A program made the position numbers and the translations under genes. From assembly GCA_964632485.1 (NCBI GenBank), contig CAZWDO010000007.1, positions 62,001 to 126,000 on the forward strand: a stretch of 64,000 nucleotides of DNA. The letters run 5' to 3'. Below are positions 1 to 9,725 of the stretch, one piece after another. The notes below the pieces were generated by a model. The model had not been told where the DNA came from, searched no databases, and was given only the letters and a program-made list of their open reading frames with translations. This DNA is from an uncultured bacterium (lineage in GTDB: Bacteria; JAGOEH01). Each line of letters opens with the position of its first letter. Within the stretch, counting starts at the first letter, position 1.

Positions 1-2
1 AT

Positions 3-528
3 ACGCTTTTAAACTTACAAAAACTGGCCAAATTCCCATTCATTTCTGCCAATGTTTGCGATAAAAATACAAGCAAACCCTTATTTCAACCATACACAAT
101 CCTTACGGTCGCCGGGCTCAAAATCGGGGTTATCGGAATTTCCCATCCATCGACCCTTACCGCCATTCCTGAAGCCGCTAATTACATCACCATCCTGCCG
201 ATCGGCGACGTCTTACCGGGCCTGGTAAAAAAAATACGGAATGATGTGGATATTCTGGTAGTGCTCAGCTACAGCGGCTGGGAGAATGATCGCTCCCTCG
301 CATCCGATTTCACTGGAATTGACCTGATCCTGGGGGGTTACACTAACGGCAGGGCNNNNNNNNNNACAGGCATTCCGCGATGGAAAATATCTGGGTCTCG
401 TCTCTATCACCAAATCCGATCAAGATACAATTCCTCTTGAAAGCAGTGGCGCCTTGGTCTCTATGGAGAAAGATGACATGGATGACGAATCTATGCGTGA
501 ATTAATCGCTAATTACAGGAAAAAATAG
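3..528 (+). CDS. 5'-nucleotidase/UshA-like metallophosphoesterase N-terminal-domain protein (5'-partial, interrupted by an assembly gap)
   Basis: Frame 3 reads FPFISANV..KPLFQPYTILTVAGLKIGVIGI...DILVVLSYSG...IDLILGGYTNG. After the N gap, frame 1 reads QAFRDGKYLGLV...ELIANYRKK* (TAG 526-528). Confidence 0.7.
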
Positions 529-549
529 CTATAAAAACGGGGCAAAACG

Positions 550-1080
550 ATGAAAAATTGGTTTTTCATTCTTTTAGTATTCCTTTTTTGGAATAATTCG
601 ATTATCGCTAAAGATCCAACCGCCATGCAAACGTTATTCACAGTCAAACAAGTCTTTACTGATTGTTCAGAAGTTGCTATTTTTATATCAGAGGCCCAAT
701 ACAAAGAAGAAGAGAAATCGATGCAGCGCGCCAGCGCCATCACACAAATCAAACCAGTTATCTACTATATCAAAGATGCCATCGAAATTGGAACCAATGT
801 TAGAAAACTTGCCGAAAAAATCCCCTTAATCATTTATAACAGCGACGTGATCAGCAACTCATCCACGAAAATGTATATTCTAAAAAATGCCAAAGATAAA
901 CTCATTCCGGTGATCGCTTTGACCAACGACTATTATATTTCAGGAGGTTTGCTTAGCTTGACGATTAACGAAGAGGGGAAGCTTGAGATCAATGCAAACT
1001 TGAAAAGCAATACAGAATATGCATCATTATTCACCCCGGAAACCATTGAAAAATTAAAGATTGTTAACATCATTCAGTAA
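550..1080 (+). CDS. Exported hypothetical protein, possibly ABC substrate-binding/YfiR-like fold
   Basis: 176-aa ORF with a signal peptide ([20 protein letters not shown]). C-terminal [19 protein letters not shown] resembles YfiR/ABC_sub_bind tails. Confidence 0.55.
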   Translation: MKNWFFILLVFLFWNNSIIAKDPTAMQTLFTVKQVFTDCSEVAIFISEAQYKEEEKSMQRASAITQIKPVIYYIKDAIEIGTNVRKLAEKIPLIIYNSDVISNSSTKMYILKNAKDKLIPVIALTNDYYISGGLLSLTINEEGKLEINANLKSNTEYASLFTPETIEKLKIVNIIQ

Positions 1081-1097
1081 TCAAGGAGAAAATCTAC

Positions 1098-2516
1098 ATG
1101 CACGTAACAGAAACCTATAAAGTACAGGATTTAAGCCTCGCAGAATTTGGCCGTAAGGAAATAGAAATATCCCAGAAGGAGATGCCGGGACTCATGGCGG
1201 TTCGGGAACGTTATGGAGCTCAGAAACCTCTGAAAGGCGTTCGAATTACAGGTTCCTTGCACATGACCATTCAGACGGCGGTATTGATTGAGACGTTGGA
1301 GGAACTCGGCGCGGAGATTCGCTGGGCTTCCTGCAATATATTTTCCACCCAGGACCATGCGGCGGCCGCAATTGCCGTACACGGCATTCCGGTATTTGCC
1401 TGGAAAGGCGAGACCTTGGAGGAATATTGGTGGTGTACGCGTCAGGCGCTTTGCTTTGGCCCGGAAGAGGGTCCCAATTTAATTGTGGATGATGGCGGGG
1501 ATGCGACTCTGATGATCCATGAAGGATACCGTCTGGAAGAGCTGTATCAGAAAACCGGAAAATTGCCCCAACCCGATATGAGCAACAGGGAAATGGCGAT
1601 CATGCATCAGTTGATTCTCGAAGAGATGGAACAATTCCCCCAGAAATGGCACAAGATGGCTCGGGCGATCCGGGGTGTCAGCGAAGAAACAACGACCGGA
1701 GTTCATCGCCTCTACCAGCGCCTCAAGGAAGGATCGCTTCTATTCCCGGCTATCAATGTGAACGATTCGGTTACCAAATCCAAATTTGACAATCTGTACG
1801 GTTGCAGGGAATCTCTGGCAGATGGAATCAAACGCGCTACCGATGTCATGATTGCCGGTAAAGTTGTCGTTGTGTGCGGCTATGGCGATGTAGGCAAGGG
1901 TTGCGCTCAATCCATGCGTGGATTTGGAGCGCGCGTCATTGTGACTGAGATTGACCCGATTTGCGCCTTGCAGGCCGCGATGGAAGGGTTTCAGGTGACT
2001 ACCTTAGAAGATGTTATCCAGGAAGGCGATCTGTTCGTTACAGCGACTGGTAATCGCGATATTATCACCGCAAAGCACATGAGCCAAATGAAAGACCAAG
2101 CCATCGTCTGCAATATCGGGCATTTTGATAATGAAATCCAGGTCGATACACTCGCGCAAACGGCTGGAATCAATAAAATTAATATCAAACCCCAGGTCGA
2201 TAAATTCGTATTCCCGGACGGACATTGCATTATCCTTCTGGCGGAAGGCCGCTTAGTTAATTTGGGCTGCGCCACGGGTCACCCCAGCTTCGTCATGAGC
2301 AACTCGTTTACCAACCAGACGCTGGCTCAGATGGACCTATGGGCTAATCAATACGAAATCGGCGTTTATCGGCTTTCCAAACAACTCGACGAAGAAGTCG
2401 CCCGACTTCACCTCGCAAAAATCGGTGTTAAACTGACAGCTCTCACTTCTGAACAAGCTGATTATATAGGCGTCCCCATCCAAGGTCCCTATAAACCGGA
2501 ACACTATCGCTATTAA
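1098..2516 (+). CDS. ahcY: S-adenosylhomocysteine hydrolase
   Basis: [80 protein letters not shown] upstream. Confidence 0.98.
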   Translation: MHVTETYKVQDLSLAEFGRKEIEISQKEMPGLMAVRERYGAQKPLKGVRITGSLHMTIQTAVLIETLEELGAEIRWASCNIFSTQDHAAAAIAVHGIPVFAWKGETLEEYWWCTRQALCFGPEEGPNLIVDDGGDATLMIHEGYRLEELYQKTGKLPQPDMSNREMAIMHQLILEEMEQFPQKWHKMARAIRGVSEETTTGVHRLYQRLKEGSLLFPAINVNDSVTKSKFDNLYGCRESLADGIKRATDVMIAGKVVVVCGYGDVGKGCAQSMRGFGARVIVTEIDPICALQAAMEGFQVTTLEDVIQEGDLFVTATGNRDIITAKHMSQMKDQAIVCNIGHFDNEIQVDTLAQTAGINKINIKPQVDKFVFPDGHCIILLAEGRLVNLGCATGHPSFVMSNSFTNQTLAQMDLWANQYEIGVYRLSKQLDEEVARLHLAKIGVKLTALTSEQADYIGVPIQGPYKPEHYRY

Positions 2517-2537
2517 GCGCCTCCCCTTTCCAACTGC

Positions 2538-2565
2538 TTGAAACAAGAGGGCTAGCTATTATAAT
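2538..2565 (+). promoter_or_regulatory. Sigma70-like promoter (TTGAAA-16-TATAAT)
   Basis: Near-consensus hexamers immediately after the ahcY stop. Confidence 0.55.
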
Positions 2566-2612
2566 CCGGTTTTGAATCTAACAGGAACAACCAGATAAGA
2601 TAAGGAATGCCA

Positions 2613-2657
2613 ATGCTACGGTTTTATACGTTAACCTTGGAAACCCTGAAATTTTAA
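2613..2657 (+). CDS. Putative leader peptide/small ORF MLRFYTLTLETLKF
   Basis: TAAGGA at 2601-2606, ATG 2613, TAA 2655-2657. Sits between a promoter and a terminator. Confidence 0.4.
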   Translation: MLRFYTLTLETLKF

Positions 2658-2665
2658 TCCAAACC

Positions 2666-2697
2666 AGCCGGTTCAATCTGGATCGGCTTTTTTTTTT
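2666..2697 (+). terminator. Intrinsic terminator
   Basis: AGCCGGTTCA-ATC-TGGATCGGCT hairpin followed by a T run. Confidence 0.8.
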
Positions 2698-2864
2698 ATT
2701 TTTCCTTTTTCTATGATTGTCTCTTGACTTTTTTGAAAAAAAACATCAAATTCAGATATCAATAGAATTCCAACGGAATATGAATTCCGTGAATATCCGT
2801 TTTTCTAAGCGAAGAAAAAAGGGATCATTCAACTTGGATTGTAACGCAACAGAAGGAGTGGATT

Positions 2865-5738
2865 GTGCGTACATTAGATCAAATCGCCGAGAAATCGGTC
2901 CTGACTCTTGAACAGTTAATGGACCTTAAAAAAATTATCCAAAAGCACGGAAATTATTCTGAACAAGCTATCCAGGAAGAAATTGATTGGTTTTGTACTG
3001 GGCTTGGCATGAGTGATTACTATTTTAAAACGACACCCGTAGAAACGATTGCCAACCACATAGAAGCCATCAAAGCCGCGGAAATACTCTCCGCGATCCG
3101 CCAGGAAGAAGTCGTTAACATCGATCTGGTAACGGAACTTGAGAATGAAGCAATTTACTTAGTTGACGACTACCATTTCCGCGCAATGGAAGTTGAACGC
3201 CGGGTCCAGGCCAAATACCCCAATCATCGCCTTCAATCCTACCGAACTCTGGGAAAAACACGCGGAGTGGAGCATCTGCGAATGTATTTAGTATATAAAC
3301 CCCAATTCAATGACCTGTCTGTTACAAGCGACACTACCGATTTAAAAAAAATCGGCGACGTCAGCTTCCTCTCTTCCACAACCGAAGAGACTTATGTTCG
3401 TTATCAGGAAGTGATCCAACATGCTCAAAGTTACCTAACTCCTTATATCCAGGTAACTCATAAGACCGACACTGATGAACTGCGCATCATGATTGTGATA
3501 AATAGTGACTCGGCCGGTAAATTTTTTGCCAATATCTCGGATGTACTCAACTCAAACCACCTGGTTTCAAACCGTAAATACATTGAACATTTTGCCAACG
3601 GTAAAACAGTATTCGCCATTTACCTTAACGACATTCTCGATGAAAAGGTGATCCATAGCCTGATCGAAGATATCAGTTTGATCTATGTCATTCCCGACAA
3701 TCCCCTTTCCGACTTATTCCGACAAGGCGAACTGACAACTCAGGAAACCGTTTTTGGCTTTGCTGCCCGCAGTTTCGTCCACCAGTTTTTAAGCAGTTAT
3801 AACGACGAATATATCAGTTTGGCCAAAGAACTTCAGGATTCGCCCGAATTGATGGGAATCCTGCGTAATTTGAAGACCAAACTGGCTAAGGATACATTTA
3901 CAGAATCCCGCTGTTGGGAAGCTTTTATTACGAATTATCAGTTTATTAAGAAGACATATCAGATTTTTAATAAAAAATTCAATCCAGGTTTAACCGATCA
4001 TGATTTAAAAAATGATCTGCTCGAGATACGTGATGATATCAACCGAAATATTAAAATTGAATTGGACAAGATAATCCTTCACCAAATTATTACATTTATC
4101 GAAGTGATCCAGCGTACCAATTTTTATCGCCAGGAAAAAGTATCTTTAGCATTCGTACTGGACCCGGTTTTTCTGAATAAAATCGATTTTACTGAAAAAC
4201 CATTCGGCATTTTATTTATTATTGGCAGTGAGTTTAGAGGTTTTCACATTCGGTTTCGAGATATTGCCCGGGGTGGAATACGAATCGTTAAATCACAGAG
4301 TATTCAGAGTTTCATGAACAATTCAGATTATATTTTTGATGAAAACTATAATCTCGCCTCCACTCAGCAAAAGAAAAACAAGGATATTCCCGAGGGAGGA
4401 TCCAAAGGGACAATTTTGCTTCGCTGGGGATTCCAGGATAAAGCTGAAACGGCTTTTAAGAAATATATTGACGGAATTTTAGACTTAATTCTACCTGACG
4501 AAAGCACCATTGATTATTACCAACGCGATTTAATCCTTTTCCTGGGTCCGGATGAACACACAGCCGAACTGATGGAATGGGCGGCTTTGCGAGCCAAAGT
4601 TCGCGGGTATCAATACTGGAAAGCTTTTTCTACGGGCAAACCGCTCAGCATGGGCGGGATTCCCCATGATCTTTACGGCATGACAACAAATTCTGTCCAC
4701 CAATACGTCATCCATTCCCTGCAAAAACTGGGTATCGATGAAAAGAATATTTCCAAAGTGATGACAGGAGGGCCAGACGGTGATTTAGGTAGCAATGAAA
4801 TCCTGATCTCGCAAGATAAAATTATGGCGATCATCGACGGTTCCGGCGTACTATACGACCCGTTGGGACTGGATCGCGAAGAACTGTCTCGGCTTGCCCG
4901 GGAACGTCGGATGAGTCAATTTTATAATCGCTCCAAATTTTCTTCCAAGGGGTTTTTTATTGATGTAAATGACGTTGATATCCAGTTGCCCAATGGGGAA
5001 AAAATCCTGAACGGTTTTGATTTCCGAAACAATTTCCACCTGCATCCATTTTTCAAAGCCGATCTATTCGTCCCTTGCGGCGGGAGGCCGGCATCGATTA
5101 CTATTAATAACTGGACCCAATATTTGGATGAGAAAGGGAATCCCCGGTTCAAAATTATCGTGGAAGGCGCCAATTTATTTATTACCCAGGATGCCCGTTT
5201 GCGCCTCGAAGAAAAAGGGGTTATCATTTACAAGGATGCCTCAGCCAACAAGGGCGGCGTCACTTCTTCATCACTGGAAGTCTTTGCCAGCCTGGCTCTG
5301 ACCGATTCAGAGTGGAATGATTATATGTGCGTTAATGATCAGCGCGTTCCTTCCTTCCGCGAACGATATGTTAATGAGATACTTGATATTATACGCTTAA
5401 ATGCTTCAATGGAATTTGAAGTGATCTGGCAGGAAAATATGGCAAACCATACACCCCGGACAATCCTGACCGATATGGTTAGCAATAAAATCAATATGGT
5501 AACGGATGCCATTTATAGCTCAGACCTGACGAATAATCTGGAGCTCTTCCGCAAGGTCATTACGCGTCATACTCCTCCGGTACTATTAGAAACCGTTGGG
5601 ATGGACGCAATTTTCCGACAAGTCCCGGCATCCTATCTCAAAGCCATTTTCGCATCGTGGCTGGCTTCCAGTTTTGTCTATAAATATGGATTATGTGGAA
5701 ACGAAATCAATTTCTACAATTTCCTGCAAGAAATTTAG
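2865..5738 (+). CDS. Large NAD-specific glutamate dehydrogenase (fungal/protist GDH2-like class)
   Basis: RGFHIRFRDIARGGIRIV, DENYNLASTQQKKNKDIPEGGSKG, FLGPDE, GGIPHDLYGMTT, TGGPDGDLGSNE, PCGGRP, ASANKGGVTSSSLEV; GTG start with AAGGAG. Confidence 0.93.
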   Translation: MRTLDQIAEKSVLTLEQLMDLKKIIQKHGNYSEQAIQEEIDWFCTGLGMSDYYFKTTPVETIANHIEAIKAAEILSAIRQEEVVNIDLVTELENEAIYLVDDYHFRAMEVERRVQAKYPNHRLQSYRTLGKTRGVEHLRMYLVYKPQFNDLSVTSDTTDLKKIGDVSFLSSTTEETYVRYQEVIQHAQSYLTPYIQVTHKTDTDELRIMIVINSDSAGKFFANISDVLNSNHLVSNRKYIEHFANGKTVFAIYLNDILDEKVIHSLIEDISLIYVIPDNPLSDLFRQGELTTQETVFGFAARSFVHQFLSSYNDEYISLAKELQDSPELMGILRNLKTKLAKDTFTESRCWEAFITNYQFIKKTYQIFNKKFNPGLTDHDLKNDLLEIRDDINRNIKIELDKIILHQIITFIEVIQRTNFYRQEKVSLAFVLDPVFLNKIDFTEKPFGILFIIGSEFRGFHIRFRDIARGGIRIVKSQSIQSFMNNSDYIFDENYNLASTQQKKNKDIPEGGSKGTILLRWGFQDKAETAFKKYIDGILDLILPDESTIDYYQRDLILFLGPDEHTAELMEWAALRAKVRGYQYWKAFSTGKPLSMGGIPHDLYGMTTNSVHQYVIHSLQKLGIDEKNISKVMTGGPDGDLGSNEILISQDKIMAIIDGSGVLYDPLGLDREELSRLARERRMSQFYNRSKFSSKGFFIDVNDVDIQLPNGEKILNGFDFRNNFHLHPFFKADLFVPCGGRPASITINNWTQYLDEKGNPRFKIIVEGANLFITQDARLRLEEKGVIIYKDASANKGGVTSSSLEVFASLALTDSEWNDYMCVNDQRVPSFRERYVNEILDIIRLNASMEFEVIWQENMANHTPRTILTDMVSNKINMVTDAIYSSDLTNNLELFRKVITRHTPPVLLETVGMDAIFRQVPASYLKAIFASWLASSFVYKYGLCGNEINFYNFLQEI

Positions 5739-5760
5739 AAACATCTGATTTTCAGCTTTA

Positions 5761-5795
5761 AAAAGGCGGATACCCTGAGGCATCCGCCTTTTTTT
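5761..5795. terminator. Bidirectional intrinsic terminator
   Basis: AAAAGGCGGAT / ATCCGCCTTTT stem between convergent genes. Confidence 0.85.
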
Positions 5796-5796
5796 A

Positions 5797-6273
5797 TTAT
5801 CGAGTCAAACGTTCAATCAGTGATTGATGCTCTGGAAATTCCCGGATTAAATCCTGCCGCAGCGCTAACTCAAAATCAACAAACTCAAAGCCCGGCGCAA
5901 CTGTACACCCCACCAGCGCGAATTCACCCCGAATCACTTCGGCAGCAAACCAGGCGCCCGCAGGAATCATACACTGAATAGATTCACCCTCAGCCCCTGA
6001 TCGTCCCATGTCTTGAATACACAGTTCCCCACCGCTACTTAAACAATAAAGTCTTAAACCACTGCCCTCATAAAAATGCCAGATTTCATCCCAGCGTAAA
6101 CGATGAAAAGCCGAAAACGCGCTTTCTATTAACAAAAAATAGATCGAAGTCGATGCGCAACGTTCCTCTCCATTAACCTGGACCATTAACGGAGAACGAT
6201 AAATCTCCCGGTAATACCCACCTTCCGGATGCGGTTCCAAGTGAAATTTACAAATCAATTCCTCCGTATTCAT
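5797..6273 (-). CDS. Cupin_5 (DUF985) family protein
   Basis: LEPHPEGGYYRE, STSIYFLL, SAFHRL..DEIWHFYEG, GCTVAPGFEF. Confidence 0.92.
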   Translation of the reverse strand: MNTEELICKFHLEPHPEGGYYREIYRSPLMVQVNGEERCASTSIYFLLIESAFSAFHRLRWDEIWHFYEGSGLRLYCLSSGGELCIQDMGRSGAEGESIQCMIPAGAWFAAEVIRGEFALVGCTVAPGFEFVDFELALRQDLIREFPEHQSLIERLTR

Positions 6274-6728
6274 TAATCTTTCCCTAAAAGCGATTCCACC
6301 AGCGGTCGAATCTGCGAACCATCAGCGCGTCCCTTCAACCGAGAGGAAGCTTCCTTCATGACTTTGCCAAAATCCTTTTTGCCGGAAGCATCCAGTTCTT
6401 TGATAAGAGCATGAAGGAACTGCTCAATATCCGCCGCGCTCATCGGCGCCGGTAAAAATTCCTGGATCACATCTAATTCAAACTGTTCGATAGCTGCTAA
6501 ATCGCTACGACCGGCTTTTTCATACTCCACGATCGATTCTTTTCGTTGTTTCACCATTTTTGATAAAATAGTCACAGAATCGCTTTCACTTAACTCCTTA
6601 ATAATTTTTTCAATTTTATAATATTGAATCGCGCTTTTTATCAACCGCAAGGTTTTTAACCGCTGTTGATCCTTATTCTTCATCGCGTCTGTCAACCGCT
6701 CCATTATTTTTTTTTCAAAATCTTCCAT
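6273..6728 (-). CDS. GatB/YqeY domain protein
   Basis: AMKNKD..RLKTLRLIKSAI, VKQRKESI..YEKAGR.DL, GKVMK, KGRADG. Start moved to ATG 6728 after AGGAG. Confidence 0.92.
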   Translation of the reverse strand: MEDFEKKIMERLTDAMKNKDQQRLKTLRLIKSAIQYYKIEKIIKELSESDSVTILSKMVKQRKESIVEYEKAGRSDLAAIEQFELDVIQEFLPAPMSAADIEQFLHALIKELDASGKKDFGKVMKEASSRLKGRADGSQIRPLVESLLGKD

Positions 6729-6786
6729 AATCCTTACTCCTTGTAACATGTTTCAACCGAGGCATTAAAAAAAACACATTAATTAC

Positions 6787-7596
6787 TTAAGATTTTTGCA
6801 TAGTAACGACCCGTTGCGGGAATGGAATCTCAATCCCCTCCTGATTAAACCGTTGATGAATCTCAATCATGATCGAATTCTTCAAATCCAGATAATGATC
6901 TTTATCAGTCCAAACGCAAAACAGCAGATCAATTGAAGACCCACCAAAGCGGTCAAAAATCTTAACCGGTTCCGGATCCTTCAACGCAAAGGCATTATGA
7001 GCCGCTATATCTAATAGGATTTCAAAAACACGGGAAATATCTTCGTTATATGAGACCCCAATCGGAATATCCAGACGACGAATGGGAAACCGACTGATAT
7101 TTTTAATTTCAGTTTTAATCAAATTTTCATTCGGGATTCGAACAAATTGGTTATCAAAGGTTTTCAGTTTAACCGACAATAAATCGATTGTTATAACAAT
7201 CCCCATGGTATCTCCAATTTTAATCAAATCGTCAACCTGGAAGGGTTCTTCATAAATCAGAAACAAGCCGCTAATGATATTGGAAATACTTGTTTGTGAG
7301 GCGAAACCCACGGCCATACCGATAATTCCCGCCGCGCCCAACAGGGCGGAAAGATTAAAACCCATCTCATTCAAAGCCATGATAAAAACAATGATGTACC
7401 CAAAATAGCGAATAGTTTTAATTAATAGCATCTGGATATGGGGCGTATAACGAATGCGTGTGAATCGACGCATCATTCCCACCAAAATTCGTACTATAAA
7501 AATACCAAAAATAAGTAATAATAAACCGCGGATCCATGGAAAAAGAAGACTCCAATTTCCAAAATTAAATGCAGCTAAAAACTCGGTTAAATTCAT
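6787..7596 (-). CDS. Small-conductance mechanosensitive channel (MscS family)
   Basis: Three TM helices, GAAGIIGMAVGFASQTSISNIISG, FQVDDLI, RIPN, GIEIPFPQR. Confidence 0.93.
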   Translation of the reverse strand: MNLTEFLAAFNFGNWSLLFPWIRGLLLLIFGIFIVRILVGMMRRFTRIRYTPHIQMLLIKTIRYFGYIIVFIMALNEMGFNLSALLGAAGIIGMAVGFASQTSISNIISGLFLIYEEPFQVDDLIKIGDTMGIVITIDLLSVKLKTFDNQFVRIPNENLIKTEIKNISRFPIRRLDIPIGVSYNEDISRVFEILLDIAAHNAFALKDPEPVKIFDRFGGSSIDLLFCVWTDKDHYLDLKNSIMIEIHQRFNQEGIEIPFPQRVVTMQKS

Positions 7597-7868
7597 AATT
7601 CAATCTCTTCCTTTTAAAAAAATCTAAAAAAATTAATAGTGTGCTCTACTCTCTGACGAATAATCGTATTAACATATAATCGTAATAAAACTTTACTAAG
7701 CTCTCGATTAATTCTATATAATAAAAATTGAACTAAAAATCAAGTCCCTTATGAAAATATCGAGAAATAACTTCCGATATTGAATTAAAGCTTGACAAAC
7801 AGCTATTTTTTATTAAATTATAACAAAGAAAATATCGGAAGGTTCTATAACACTCGAGAGGAGTTGGA

Positions 7869-8888
7869 ATGAAAGATAAATATCGAGCTGCCGGAGTCGA
7901 TATAGAGGCGGGCGAAGCCGCTGTGGAACGGATTAAAACTCTGGTCAATGCAAATCAACACCCCAACATATTGCAGGGAATCGGTGGGTTTGGCGGGTTA
8001 TATGAATTGCCGATATCCGGAATGAAACGACCAGTAATGGTTTCCAGTATAGATGGCGTGGGTACAAAATTAAAAGTAGCATTTATGATGAATCAGCATC
8101 ACACAATTGGCCAGGATTTAGTAAACCATTGCATTAACGATATTCTGGTACAGGGAGCGCGGCCACTTTTTTTTCTGGATTATATTGGAACCGGGCATTT
8201 GAACCCCGAAGTAATTTCCGAAATAGTCGAGGGAATTACGATCAGTTGCCGGGCATATCAATGCGCTCTGCTGGGTGGAGAGACTGCCGAGATGCCTGGT
8301 TTCTACCAAAACAATGAATATGATATCGCCGGATGTATCGTGGGCCTGGTAGATTATGACCAGGTGATTACCGGACAAAAGATTTGTCCGGGCAATGTAA
8401 TGCTGGGCCTTCCCTCCAACGGATTGCATACCAATGGATATTCACTGGCCCGTCGAGCCCTTTTCGAGGAAGCCGGCTTGGAAATCGATACACCAATCCC
8501 CGAATATTCACAGACTTTGGGAAAAATACTGTTGACCCCGCACCGCTGCTATCTACCGGAAATTGAACCCATCTTATCCAAAGGTTGGATTAACGGAATG
8601 GCCCATATTACCGGGGGAGGGTTTATTGGCAATATCAAGCGTATTTTGCCGGCTAATGTCTCCGCCCATGTCCAAACCAGAAACTGGAATCCACCTCCGA
8701 TTTTTAATCTCATCCAAAAATCGGGTTCAATTTCACAAGCTGAAATGTATGATGTTTTCAATATGGGAATAGGAATGGTGATCGTCGCCGATACTAACCA
8801 TGCCGATTTGATACAACAAGAACTGCCTGAATCGGTTTTGATCGGGAGGATCGAATCCGGAAACAAGCAGGTCATCAACCATTATTAA
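7869..8888 (+). CDS. purM: Phosphoribosylformylglycinamidine cyclo-ligase (AIR synthetase)
   Basis: YRAAGVDI, DGVGTK, GGETAEMPG, SNGLHTNGYSL, AHITGGG, FNMGIGM. Confidence 0.97.
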   Translation: MKDKYRAAGVDIEAGEAAVERIKTLVNANQHPNILQGIGGFGGLYELPISGMKRPVMVSSIDGVGTKLKVAFMMNQHHTIGQDLVNHCINDILVQGARPLFFLDYIGTGHLNPEVISEIVEGITISCRAYQCALLGGETAEMPGFYQNNEYDIAGCIVGLVDYDQVITGQKICPGNVMLGLPSNGLHTNGYSLARRALFEEAGLEIDTPIPEYSQTLGKILLTPHRCYLPEIEPILSKGWINGMAHITGGGFIGNIKRILPANVSAHVQTRNWNPPPIFNLIQKSGSISQAEMYDVFNMGIGMVIVADTNHADLIQQELPESVLIGRIESGNKQVINHY

Positions 8889-8899
8889 AGGAGAGACCC

Positions 8900-9226
8900 A
8901 TGAGTGATCTACTTAAAAAGGTATTATATTTCGGGCTGGGTGTAGCCGCCAGTACTGCTGAAAAAGTTGAAGAAATCGTCGATGAAATGGTAAAAAAAGG
9001 TGAACTTTCCGAATCAGATAAAGCGAAGACCATGAAGGACTTTATGGATAAAGCGCAGGAAAACGCCAAGATTTTCAGAGCGCAAGTAGAAGAAACGGTC
9101 AAAGAAGTCCTGGAAAAAATCCCACTTTATTCAAAAAAAGAGATTGATGAACTCAAATCCCGCATAACGGTTTTAGAGGAAAAAATTGCCCAGTCACAGG
9201 AGAAGGACGCGTTTCCGTCTTCATGA
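8900..9226 (+). CDS. Phasin-family/coiled-coil small protein
   Basis: LKKVLYFGLG....EK.EEIVDEMVKKGELS pattern and a C-terminal coiled coil; SD AAGGAG. Confidence 0.75.
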   Translation: MSDLLKKVLYFGLGVAASTAEKVEEIVDEMVKKGELSESDKAKTMKDFMDKAQENAKIFRAQVEETVKEVLEKIPLYSKKEIDELKSRITVLEEKIAQSQEKDAFPSS

Positions 9227-9673
9227 AGTAAGCGACTGACGATAACTTTGATTACCATGAACCACCTGAGTCGCTCCCTGGTGAAGAATAGTAGGTTGAT
9301 GGGCTGGACTTTGCTTTAATAAAAAATGCTCATACTGTTCCAGAACCTGCCGCAGAAAAAGAATGCCTCTTGGCTTCACCAGATAGGCAAACACATCAAT
9401 ATAAAACGGTTGTTTCTCCAACTCAGGTTCAAAAAAATAACCCAGAACGATTACACCAAAGGGGAAGGGTGAAAGTTTATTCAATGCTGCAATCAATTCA
9501 TCATTGTCATCATAAAAATTTACAACTAAAGCCTGGACCGATAAGCCTTTTACTAATTCATCCAAATACTCAGGATGAAAGCATTTTTGAATCCGATGGC
9601 CATAATAGTTCAATAGCGATGAAAGAACATTTGAATAGAACGGATTTCGTTCAATTACTAATAAATCAAGCAT
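9221..9673 (-). CDS. Stand-alone receiver-like (CheY-fold) protein, degenerate
   Basis: LLVIE..., ALVVNF (phosphoacceptor position is N), VIVLG, AYLVKP. Start ATG 9673 after AAGGAGA. Confidence 0.65.
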   Translation of the reverse strand: MLDLLVIERNPFYSNVLSSLLNYYGHRIQKCFHPEYLDELVKGLSVQALVVNFYDDNDELIAALNKLSPFPFGVIVLGYFFEPELEKQPFYIDVFAYLVKPRGILFLRQVLEQYEHFLLKQSPAHQPTILHQGATQVVHGNQSYRQSLTS

Positions 9674-9725
9674 ATCATTCTCCTTTTCAAGTCTCACCCG
9701 TTAACGACCAAACACTGCAGGATTT

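Noticed and set aside
246-440. 64-aa ORF spanning the first N gap
   Set aside because: Artefact: the 10-N placeholder shifts the frame of the longer nucleotidase-like gene.
1081-1097. SAH/SAM riboswitch before ahcY
   Set aside because: Only 17 nt separate ahcY from the upstream gene; no aptamer motif is present.
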